Shown: positions 49,978 through 59,343 of the stretch, piece by piece
Position numbering within the stretch: position 1 is the stretch's first letter
Layout: each line of letters begins with the position of its first letter
Source: Balanoglossus misakiensis
Lineage: Eukaryota; Animalia; Hemichordata
Direction: 5' to 3'
NCBI GenBank assembly: GCA_040954595.2
Contig: CM082580.2
Location: 486,783-550,782, forward strand
DNA: 64,000 nucleotides
Program-made: the position numbers and the translations under genes
Notes under the pieces: generated by a model
What the model was told of the DNA's origin: nothing
The model's input: only the letters and a program-made list of their open reading frames with translations
The model's database searches: none

Positions 49978-52900
49978 GCTGATGGACCAATCATATCAGC
50001 TGGGTCTGATTCTGGTTTGGGTGGATCCAGTAAAGTAAAACACCCTGTGCTACAAGGAACATTCAAGAAGTCAGATTCGTACGGCAATGCCAATAACAAT
50101 ACATCAATATCGTCAAGCATAGAACCATACAGCAATAATATGTCTACATCTTCAAGTACCATTATCAAAAGTTTTAATGCCACTCAATCAGTTACAACCT
50201 TCAATAAGAATTCTTCGACCAGTGTGTCAAATCAAAATTCCTCTTGTGTATACTACAGTGCAAATGATGCACATGACAAACAAGAATTATACTCCTCTCA
50301 CAATAGTCACACTTTACACTGGGAAAGTTACACAATAGACAGTGTACTCCAAGGTAGTTTTCATCAAGGCAATGATATTTTCAGCATAAATTCACGAGGT
50401 AGACAATGTACTTGTAATGCCCTTGCTTTCCTTTGCATATCAAAAGAAAGAGAGATGACATTGACATCTAATGACTTAGATCACATTTTACATGCTGGTG
50501 ATAATTTATACATTAAAACCACAAATGACCTCAGAGCAAGTAATAAATTATTTTCTGAAATACTAATGTGTGATGAATTGCCAAATACTGTTCACATGAA
50601 TTCTGTGCAGTTCAATATTACACAAGGAAGACTGTACTTTGGTATGTTAGACTGTATGTCTGACTATGATGAACAAGGATGTATGGTGTTCAGAGATGCT
50701 ATGATTAACATGTTCAATTCTAGTAACTCAGTTATGTTAATACTTGGTGGCTACAGCATGGCCCTTTCTGCAACAGATGGCAAATACTTCGTATTTGATT
50801 CTCATAGTCGAAACTCACATGGTTTCCAATGTTCTGACGGTTCAAGTATGGTATTGAGTTTTCCGACTCTAAATGATTTAACAAACTATTTGTATTCATT
50901 ATTTCATAACCTTAACTTCAATAACATGACACCTTATGAACTTCAAGAATTAACCATTCATATAGAGAGTTCATCTTCTCAGAGACTGTATCAACGGACT
51001 CAAAGGCATTCAGACCTGTTAGACAACTATTTCGAGTCACAAAAACAATTACAAGCTAATAAACAGTGTATGCAAACTTCTAATACCATTGATGCACTTC
51101 CATCAGGTTCATGTAGAAGAAAATCAAGAAAGGTATATGACAGAGAATACAAACGGTTGAAAAGACAGGATCCTTCATTTAAAACCAATGAAAGAAAGAG
51201 AGACAAGGAGAGGAAATGTGCACAAAGACAAAATCCTGACTTCAAAGAGAGAGAAAAGTCAAAAGTGCAAGCACATATAAAGACATTGCGCCAGAATGTA
51301 GAATACAGAGACAGAGAAAAGTTATCTCAACAATATCAAAAAAGAACAATACGTGCAAACCCACAATATAGAAAGAGAGAAAAGGAAAAATTGCAATCAC
51401 ACATACAAATCCTGCGTCAAAATCCTTCATTCCAAGAGAAAGAGAAGGTGAAATTAAACTCACACAAGCAAACTCTGCGTCAAAATCCTGTATTCCGAGA
51501 GAAAGAGAAGGTCAAATTGAAATCACGCATTTACACTCTGCGTCAAAATCCTGTATTCCGAGAGACAGAAAAGGTGAAATTAAACTCACACAAGCAAACT
51601 CTGCGTCAAAATCCTGTATTCCGAGAGAAAGAGAAGGTCAAATTAAAATCACGCATTAACACTCTGCGTCAAAATCCTGCATTCCGAGAGAAAGAGAAGG
51701 TGAAATTAAACTCACACAAGCAAACTCTGCGTCAAAATCCTGTATTCCGAGAGAAAGAGAAGGTCAAATTGAAATCACGCATTAACACTCTGCGTCAAAA
51801 TCCTGCATTCCGAGAGAAAGAAAAGGTGAAATTAAACTCACACAAGCAAACTCTGCGTCAAAATCCTGCATTCCGAGAGAAAGAAAAGGTGAAATTAAAC
51901 TCACACAAGCAAACTCTGCGTCAAAATCCTGCATTCCGAGAGAAAGAAAAGGTGAAATTTAAAGCACACATTAAAACTTTGCGTCAAAATCCTGCATTCC
52001 GAGAAAAAGAAAAGCCAAAACTGAAAGAACACATTAAAAGTCTGCGTCAAAATTCCACATTTCGACAAAATGAGAAAATACAGTCACAGGCACGTATCAA
52101 GACTTCACGCAAAAGTAAAACCTTCAAAGAGCACGAAAACAAAAAGCAACAGATCTACAGAAAAATGAAGAGACAGGATAGAAACTTCAGAAAAAAAGAA
52201 AACTTACAAAAGAAGTTTGTGAAATGCAGTGAAAAAATTCAAACATTTCAAATTGACAAAAAACAACATGTTACACACAATGGTTTTAGCAAACATAGAG
52301 GTTTTGAGACCCGACAATTATGCGGGGAATCGTTGCAGGCATGCATAAATATATTTCATAGAACTGTATCACAAGGCCCTGTCTATGTCTGCTCATCATG
52401 TCATCAAACTTGGTTCAGAAAATCTGTTACTCCTGCTGCCAAATTATCTGAACGAGGCATTGCATCAAAATGTTTGACTGCATACACTTCTGTTGACAAT
52501 ATAGAGTGGGTGTGTAACACATGCTACAGATCCATATCTGCTGGTAAAATCCCCAGATTGTCTATAGCTAATAATGTTAATTTCCCTGATATTCCACCAC
52601 AGTTACAGTTGCACCCTTTGGAAGAAAGATTGATAGCACTCAGAATTCCATTCATGCATATGTGCAGTTTGCCACGTGGAGGTCAAAGGTCATTATCTGG
52701 TCCGGTAGTCAATATTCCAACAGATATCACCCCTACTGTTAATGCTCTGCCAAGAATGCTAGATGATTCAGCTACTATACCAGTCAAACTGAAACGAAAA
52801 CTATCGTACACGCGAAGTGAATTTACAGAAAATATTCGACCAAATAAAGTGATGGCAGCACTTGTGTGGCTCATGAAAAACAGTGTTTTGTACCAAAATT

Positions 52901-55900
52901 CAGGTATTCCAATTAATCACAACTGGTCTCAGGAATTTGAAAACACAGATAATGATATGGCTGTATTTATTGAAAATACAAACACTGAACAAGAGCAAGC
53001 TGATGATCCTGAATCTGAATCAGATTCTGATTCTGATAAATTCAGTGAGGTTGATCCAGCAGAGGGAGCTGTTGCTAATATGGACACTTTACTTGATGAT
53101 TCAGATTATCGTAATCAAATTTTAACATTTGCCCCTGGTGAAGGTCAACGCCCTCTTAGTCTGTTCAATGATACAGATGCAGAATATCTAGCCTTTCCAA
53201 CTATATTCTGTGGACAACGCAGAAATATTGATCAAATCCACACCTCAAATGTACATTACAGTGATGTTTGTAAATGGGAATTGCGTAATGTTGATAGACG
53301 CGTTGCAAACTCTGTACCAAATATGTTTTTCAAAGTGAAGAAACTGCAGTTAAAACAGATCAGTAGTAAAGTCCACCTTGCATTGAGACGATGTAAAACT
53401 GAAGGCAGAACTTACAAAGTTGCAGATTTATTAAATCCAGAAAGAGTAAGTGATTTACTTAGACTTGATGACGGATTTTACATATTCAGAGATTTGCGCA
53501 ATTCACCACCCTATCTAGAAAAGAGGAAGAAAGATGTATTTGCAATGATTAGACAACTTGGTTTACCAACATGGTTTTGTTCTCTGTCTAGTGCTGACAC
53601 AAAGTGGATTGACTTACATCAAATACTGGGTACACTTGTAGATGGTAAGAAATATACTGCTGATGAACTTAAAGCCATGGATTGGGCTACAAAGTCCAGG
53701 TTACTTCAATCTGACCCAGTGACATGTGCTCGTTTCTTTGACCACAGAATTCATGAATTCATCAATACAGTACTTAGAGGTCCATGTGATCCATTGGGCA
53801 AAATCACTGATTACTTCTACAGAGTGGAATTTCAACAACGTGGCTCACCACACATCCATATGCTAATGTGGATTGAGAATGCACCAAATTATCAACAAAA
53901 CACACCAACAGAAGTGATTGATTTCATTGACATATATGTATCTTGTTCTTCCAATGTACCAAGTGAAATGGCTGAAGTATTGAATCTGCAGACACATAAG
54001 CACTCTAAGACATGCCGAGTAAAAGGCAAACCTGTATGTCGTTTTGGATACCCAATGCCTCCTATGTCAGAAACAATGATTCTCTCACCATTAAATGCTG
54101 ATCCAGATGAAGAACAACATTACAAACAGAAATATGAAGAAATCAAACAAAAACTGGATGATATGAAAGAAGGCAAACCAATATCATATGATGACTTCCT
54201 ATCTACTGAGCTGCAAATCAGTCATGATGAATACATAAAATGCATTCAGAGTTCACTCAAAACTACCACAATATTTCTCAAAAGAGAACCAAGTGATTTA
54301 CGTGTCAATGCCTACATGAAATTATTATTGTCTGCATGGGGAGCAAATCATGATCTACAGTTTGTTTTAGATCCATACGCCTGTGCCATGTACATTGTAT
54401 CCTATATCAGTAAATCCCAAAGAGGCATGAGTGCATTACTTGACCAAGCATGCAAAGAAGCCAGAAAAGGCAATATGGAACTGAAAGCACAGGTCAGACA
54501 TATTGGAAATAAATTCCTTAACAATGTAGAAATCAGTGCACAAGAGGCTGCTTACATCATCCTGCAGTTGTCACTTACTAAAGCTACAAGACAAGTGGTA
54601 TTTATAAACACATCACCACCTGATCAAAGAACATTCCTGCTCAAAAGCAAAACTGCCCTTGAAAATACACCAGCAGAATCTACTGACATAGAAAGTGACA
54701 ATCTAATCAAACGTTATGCTAGACGGCCAAAAGCATTAGAAAATTGGTGTCTTGCAGATTATGCATCTAAACTTAGAGTCACATATTCAACCAAATGCAC
54801 TGATAATTATCCACAAGATATAAATGATGATGATCATGATGACCCTGATTTAGGTGTGGACTCAGAATCTGACAATATGACAAGTAAAATAAATATCATT
54901 CTCAAAAATGGTATGAAAATACAAGAACGTGTAAATCCGTGTATAATACGCTATGTCAATTATAGTAAGAAAGTTGACTATGAAAATTACTGTCGTGAAA
55001 AATTGTTGCTGTACATGCCATGGAGAAATGAAAGCTCTGACCTTCTAAACAGTTGTGCCACCTTTCAAGAATCTTATAATCATAACAAACACATTATTGC
55101 ACAAACCATAGATAAGTATGAACATAATTCAGAGTTGATAGATCAAGCCACTACAGCTGCAGAGCAACTTGATAATGATGATTTAAATGCATTTGATCAG
55201 ATTGCTCCAAATACGCAACATGCTGAGAGAGATGATCTAGAAGAAGGAACTACTACACCAAATGATCATTTCATATACTTTCAACCTGATGACCAACCAG
55301 AACATACCACTTATGATATAGGTGTTGACATTGGTATGAATACGACTGTCACCACTGATGACACCAGCAACGTCCCAGGACGTATCCCTGATGAACAATA
55401 TCACAAACTTGTGAGATCTCTCAATGTAAAACAAAGAGAAATATTTCATCATGTTTTGAAATCAGTCAAGACAAATCATGATCCAATGCATATATTTATC
55501 ACAGGGGGTGCTGGTACAGGAAAGTCAGTTGTAATCCGAGCAATATATCAGGCATTACATCGCTATCTGTGTTCAATTGCTGGTGAATCACCACTCGACT
55601 GTCGTTTATTGTTATGTGCGCCAACTGGTAAAGCAGCCTATCATATCAATGGTAGTACTATTCATGCAGCTTTCAAAGTACCTGCAAGTCAAGGTTATAA
55701 ATACAAACCACTGGATAGCGATAAACTTAATACTTTGCGAAGTAAATATCAACATTTATCAGTTGTAATCATTGATGAAATCAGCATGGTAGGCCATGAG
55801 CTTTTAAATTTCATAAATCTCCGACTTCAACAAATAAAAGGTAACAATCAAGTATTTGGTGGTGTTTCAATGATAACTGTTGGTGATTTATTTCAACTCA

Positions 55901-57579
55901 AACCAGTAATGGATGGCTGGATATTCAAAGACCTAACAAAAGAGTATGGCCCATTAGCAACTAATCTGTGGAAAGAACATTTCACCATGCATGAACTAAC
56001 ACAGATCATGAGACAGAAAGATGATGAAGACTTTGCTCAACTATTGAATAGATTGAGAGAAGGGAGGCACACAGATGAAGATATTTCTGAATTGCAAAAC
56101 TATGTAATATCTCATGATCAACCACTCAACGAGTCCATTCCTCATTTATACACCACCAATGCAATGGTAGAGTCACATAATGATAAAGTTTACCAAAATG
56201 CTACATCCCATAAACTTGTTGTACCAGCACTGGACACAGTTATTGGTGATGTCTCACAACAAGTGAAAGCACAGCTTTTGAAGACCATTCCAAAAGATCC
56301 ATCCAAAACATGCGGTTTATTATCACAAGCACCTATAGCTGTTGGACTGCGATATGATCTCACTGCCAATGTTGATGTTGAGGATGGTATGACAAATGGT
56401 GCCAGTTGTGTAGTGCAACAAATAGACCACAGAATGACAGGAACATCAAACAACCACCCCAGTATAATTTGGGTTCAATTTGATGATAAAAATGTTGGTC
56501 TATTAAGAAGACATAAATACAAACATTTGCATCAACCAGAAATTGGTAAACAATTGACTCCAATATTTGACATTAAACGCCAGTTTCCTACCAGTAAATA
56601 TTACAAACATGTATCTGTCATGAGAATTCAATTTCCACTTAGACCGTCTGCTGCAAAAACTATTCACAAATCTCAGGGTGATACACTTGATAAGGTAATA
56701 ATCCATATGGGTACAAGAAAAATTGACCATATACATTATGTCGCAATAAGTAGAGTGCGTACAATAAGTGGACTTCAGATACTGGAGTTGAATAAAAATA
56801 AAATCGCAATATCTGAAGCAGTTCACAATGAAATGAAAAGACTCCGTGATGACAGCCAACTTCAATTATGCTTCAAACCATTATATGCCCTCCCTCATGA
56901 CCACTGCAAAGTAGTATATCAAAACGCTAGATCACTCCATAAACATTTTGCAGATTTATGCAGTGACCACAATATAATTGCTGCTGATGTTATCGGAATT
57001 GCTGAATCCAGATTAACAACTAATGATACCAATGAAGCCTACAATCTCCCAAATTATCTACTATTCAGGAATGACCAAGATGTGCATATTGACAACACTG
57101 CTGTAAATTTCACAAGACCCTATCATGGTCTTGTATTGTATGTCAAAGATTCATATCAAGTGATTCATATCAAGTGCCATTCAACAAAAGTGTTCGAATT
57201 TATAAAAGCCAACATCCTAATTCAAAATAAACTACTTCAAATCATTATGATCTATAAATCCCCTCAGTGCACAATCCACACATTCAAACAACAATTTCAA
57301 CAGTATCTCCTGCCACTACTAGATTTGACAAAACCAATATTAATAATGGGTGACTTTAATTTTGACATTCTACTACCTAATACCAGTACTGCTTTCCTCC
57401 ACTTTATGACATCAATTTGTAACTGTCGGCAACTAATAAAGGAAGAAACAACTGATCAGCATTCTGCTCTGGACTTAATTTTTCTTAACTTCTTCACAAC
57501 TACCTATGACACAATAGAAAACTCATGGTCTGATCACAAGGCCGTGTATGCAGCCATTCACCCCAGCCAATTCACTTGA
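49978..57579 (+). CDS. Helentron RepHel protein: herpes-tegument-like cysteine protease, basic repeats, Zn finger, HUH Rep, PIF1-family helicase, AP (EEP) endonuclease
   Basis: Uninterrupted 7.6-kb frame. Protease: GSFHQG..GRQCTCNAL..FDSH. Zn finger: CSSC..CNTC. Rep: PTWFCSLS, VEFQQRGSPHIH, YIVSYISK. Helicase: GGAGTGKS, APTGKAA, IIDEISM, GDLFQLKPV, QIMRQ, TIHKSQG, YVAISRV. EEP: NARSL, IAESRL, IYKSP, MGDFN, LDLIF, WSDH. Confidence 0.95.
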   Translation, partial: ADGPIISAGSDSGLGGSSKVKHPVLQGTFKKSDSYGNANNNTSISSSIEPYSNNMSTSSSTIIKSFNATQSVTTFNKNSSTSVSNQNSSCVYYSANDAHDKQELYSSHNSHTLHWESYTIDSVLQGSFHQGNDIFSINSRGRQCTCNALAFLCISKEREMTLTSNDLDHILHAGDNLYIKTTNDLRASNKLFSEILMCDELPNTVHMNSVQFNITQGRLYFGMLDCMSDYDEQGCMVFRDAMINMFNSSNSVMLILGGYSMALSATDGKYFVFDSHSRNSHGFQCSDGSSMVLSFPTLNDLTNYLYSLFHNLNFNNMTPYELQELTIHIESSSSQRLYQRTQRHSDLLDNYFESQKQLQANKQCMQTSNTIDALPSGSCRRKSRKVYDREYKRLKRQDPSFKTNERKRDKERKCAQRQNPDFKEREKSKVQAHIKTLRQNVEYRDREKLSQQYQKRTIRANPQYRKREKEKLQSHIQILRQNPSFQEKEKVKLNSHKQTLRQNPVFREKEKVKLKSRIYTLRQNPVFRETEKVKLNSHKQTLRQNPVFREKEKVKLKSRINTLRQNPAFREKEKVKLNSHKQTLRQNPVFREKEKVKLKSRINTLRQNPAFREKEKVKLNSHKQTLRQNPAFREKEKVKLNSHKQTLRQNPAFREKEKVKFKAHIKTLRQNPAFREKEKPKLKEHIKSLRQNSTFRQNEKIQSQARIKTSRKSKTFKEHENKKQQIYRKMKRQDRNFRKKENLQKKFVKCSEKIQTFQIDKKQHVTHNGFSKHRGFETRQLCGESLQACINIFHRTVSQGPVYVCSSCHQTWFRKSVTPAAKLSERGIASKCLTAYTSVDNIEWVCNTCYRSISAGKIPRLSIANNVNFPDIPPQLQLHPLEERLIALRIPFMHMCSLPRGGQRSLSGPVVNIPTDITPTVNALPRMLDDSATIPVKLKRKLSYTRSEFTENIRPNKVMAALVWLMKNSVLYQNSGIPINHNWSQEFENTDNDMAVFIENTNTEQEQADDPESESDSDSDKFSEVDPAEGAVANMDTLLDDSDYRNQILTFAPGEGQRPLSLFNDTDAEYLAFPTIFCGQRRNIDQIHTSNVHYSDVCKWELRNVDRRVANSVPNMFFKVKKLQLKQISSKVHLALRRCKTEGRTYKVADLLNPERVSDLLRLDDGFYIFRDLRNSPPYLEKRKKDVFAMIRQLGLPTWFCSLSSADTKWIDLHQILGTLVDGKKYTADELKAMDWATKSRLLQSDPVTCARFFDHRIHEFINTVLRGPCDPLGKITDYFYRVEFQQRGSPHIHMLMWIENAPNYQQNTPTEVIDFIDIYVSCSSNVPSEMAEVLNLQTHKHSKTCRVKGKPVCRFGYPMPPMSETMILSPLNADPDEEQHYKQKYEEIKQKLDDMKEGKPISYDDFLSTELQISHDEYIKCIQSSLKTTTIFLKREPSDLRVNAYMKLLLSAWGANHDLQFVLDPYACAMYIVSYISKSQRGMSALLDQACKEARKGNMELKAQVRHIGNKFLNNVEISAQEAAYIILQLSLTKATRQVVFINTSPPDQRTFLLKSKTALENTPAESTDIESDNLIKRYARRPKALENWCLADYASKLRVTYSTKCTDNYPQDINDDDHDDPDLGVDSESDNMTSKINIILKNGMKIQERVNPCIIRYVNYSKKVDYENYCREKLLLYMPWRNESSDLLNSCATFQESYNHNKHIIAQTIDKYEHNSELIDQATTAAEQLDNDDLNAFDQIAPNTQHAERDDLEEGTTTPNDHFIYFQPDDQPEHTTYDIGVDIGMNTTVTTDDTSNVPGRIPDEQYHKLVRSLNVKQREIFHHVLKSVKTNHDPMHIFITGGAGTGKSVVIRAIYQALHRYLCSIAGESPLDCRLLLCAPTGKAAYHINGSTIHAAFKVPASQGYKYKPLDSDKLNTLRSKYQHLSVVIIDEISMVGHELLNFINLRLQQIKGNNQVFGGVSMITVGDLFQLKPVMDGWIFKDLTKEYGPLATNLWKEHFTMHELTQIMRQKDDEDFAQLLNRLREGRHTDEDISELQNYVISHDQPLNESIPHLYTTNAMVESHNDKVYQNATSHKLVVPALDTVIGDVSQQVKAQLLKTIPKDPSKTCGLLSQAPIAVGLRYDLTANVDVEDGMTNGASCVVQQIDHRMTGTSNNHPSIIWVQFDDKNVGLLRRHKYKHLHQPEIGKQLTPIFDIKRQFPTSKYYKHVSVMRIQFPLRPSAAKTIHKSQGDTLDKVIIHMGTRKIDHIHYVAISRVRTISGLQILELNKNKIAISEAVHNEMKRLRDDSQLQLCFKPLYALPHDHCKVVYQNARSLHKHFADLCSDHNIIAADVIGIAESRLTTNDTNEAYNLPNYLLFRNDQDVHIDNTAVNFTRPYHGLVLYVKDSYQVIHIKCHSTKVFEFIKANILIQNKLLQIIMIYKSPQCTIHTFKQQFQQYLLPLLDLTKPILIMGDFNFDILLPNTSTAFLHFMTSICNCRQLIKEETTDQHSALDLIFLNFFTTTYDTIENSWSDHKAVYAAIHPSQFT
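51412..52100 (+). repeat. Coding 63-bp (21-aa) tandem repeat, ~11 copies, within RepHel
   Basis: CTGCGTCAAAATCCT at 51412, 51475, 51538, 51601 and onward; LRQNPAFREKEKVKLNSHKQT. Confidence 0.95.
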
Positions 57580-57734
57580 AATTAATCAGTGTTAGATTAT
57601 AGACATAATCATAAAAGACAACACATAAGAATTAAATGACAACAGCAGATTTCAAATACACTTATTTCCCATATTACATACATGTATGAGTCAATATGTG
57701 CAATTATTGCTACACCACAAACCATTATTACCAA

Positions 57735-57990
57735 GTGTCAGTACCAACATGCCAACGTACAACATTCACAAAGGACAGTACACCACTGCTAGATTTCATC
57801 TATGTCAATAAACCAGTGTTCATTATCGGGGACTTCAATGGTGACATATCTTTGCCCACCCACAGCAATGGGTACTTTGAAATGTCAACAACTTAATGAA
57901 GAAACAACAGACTACCATTTTGCATTAGTTCTTATACTTGCCAATATACCACATATCAAAAGTGGCACCTTGAAAAACATTTGGTCAAAA
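57735..57990 (+). pseudogene. Decayed second copy of the endonuclease C-terminal half
   Basis: PLLDFIYVNKPVFIIGDFNGDISLP / KCQQLNEETTDYHFALVLILAN..TLKNIWS (frameshifted) parallels PLLDLTKPILIMGDFNFDILLP..NCRQLIKEETTDQHSALDLIFLN..TIENSWS of RepHel. Confidence 0.8.
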
Positions 57991-59343
57991 CTATACATGC
58001 TGCTGTCACACTTAATGAAAACAACCTGACAACAACATTACTGTGTCCATCATTGCAATGACAACTGCCCTGTCACATTACCAGTTTATTTACATAATCG
58101 GTATCTCCCCCTATACACCAAAACGGCACCATTTTATTGCTAACATGTGGTACACATCTCATCACATTGACAGATTACGAACAAACATCCTGTCGGTCAT
58201 GCACAACCGGAAATGTTTTTCAGAACCCTGGAGCAATCGACTTCCTTGGCTTTGAACATGTAAACACGTTCTGTTTTCATCTGCACGCTGGCGGTTACGT
58301 CATATTTGTAAACAATACACACGTGTTCCTTTGCGAAACTGTCTTTGTCGGCAATTTCTGTGTATTACTATTGGTGCAAATCCATTGTGTCCGTCAATTA
58401 TTAAATTTTTCACGCGTCGTCTTCGGAAAGTCCACTCATACACTTCTGCGAGCTCACCGCATTCGCTCCCTGACTCCTGAAACTACAACATCGCGTCGCT
58501 TTCAACTTTCCAGCGCACATCGGTCATCGTACCACACTTTCCCACCTTTTTCATCCAGAACAACAAGCCGCACAGACTATATCCACACAGTCTAGTTCAC
58601 CGCAAGTACCACACTCACACAGTAAGTTATACTTTATTTTTTATTTCCTTGCTTTGGTTCATTATGCCACACTGTGTACGAAAAATTCACGGGTGCTTAA
58701 TCTACAGTGAAAGCCAACTCCATTGGTCAAATACCGCGGGACATTTCAAAGCCCCACCATTTGACCTACCACCCCACTGTCGTTTCGTTCAACGTCAACA
58801 AAATATCGGTACGCCAATTGGCTCTCTTTGGAATATTCATAACCAGACAATTACGTCTGCAAAGCTCGGCCCATGCACTGCTCTCCGTACATTACAAAAT
58901 CTGTCGTTCAGTTTTCCCCCAAAAAAGCTGTACACACATTCGCAACTGTTAACTGACGCAACACACGAACAAGTTTTGCCAATTGGCGCAAACATCCGCC
59001 ATGTCTCATTTTCAACAATACGCTTGTACTACTGTTCTCCAGTTAACAGCACTCATTGCGCCCATTTCAAAGTTTTTGGTGACCCGTGTGAATTCTTCGA
59101 TACATTACAATTGGTAATTTCATTTGAACATCAACTACCAGAGACTCTTCATTCTGAAACTTTCAATGCAAACCTGATCGCTGATGAGACCCTCACGTCT
59201 GATTTGTGGCAACTACATGCCAATCTATTAATCCTTTCGTTTGGCGTTTTCCCCTTGATGATATAGTTTCCACCATCATGTACATTCAACCACTGATCGT
59301 GAAACCACAGTCTTATAATTTCACCTTTGTTTCTTCCGTACAG

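Noticed and set aside
51027-56865. Short antisense and alternative-frame ORFs overlapping RepHel
   Set aside because: Shadow ORFs of the long coding frame with no independent features.
49948-57579. Endogenous herpesvirus or host PIF1 gene
   Set aside because: The protease and helicase are fused to a Helitron HUH Rep and bounded by Helentron termini, and no capsid or polymerase genes are present.
58043-59266. ORFs of 70-205 aa between RepHel and the RPA-like gene
   Set aside because: No recognisable motifs and mostly non-ATG starts; more likely promoter, 5'UTR and intron of the RPA-like gene (donor-like CA|gtaagt near 58622).
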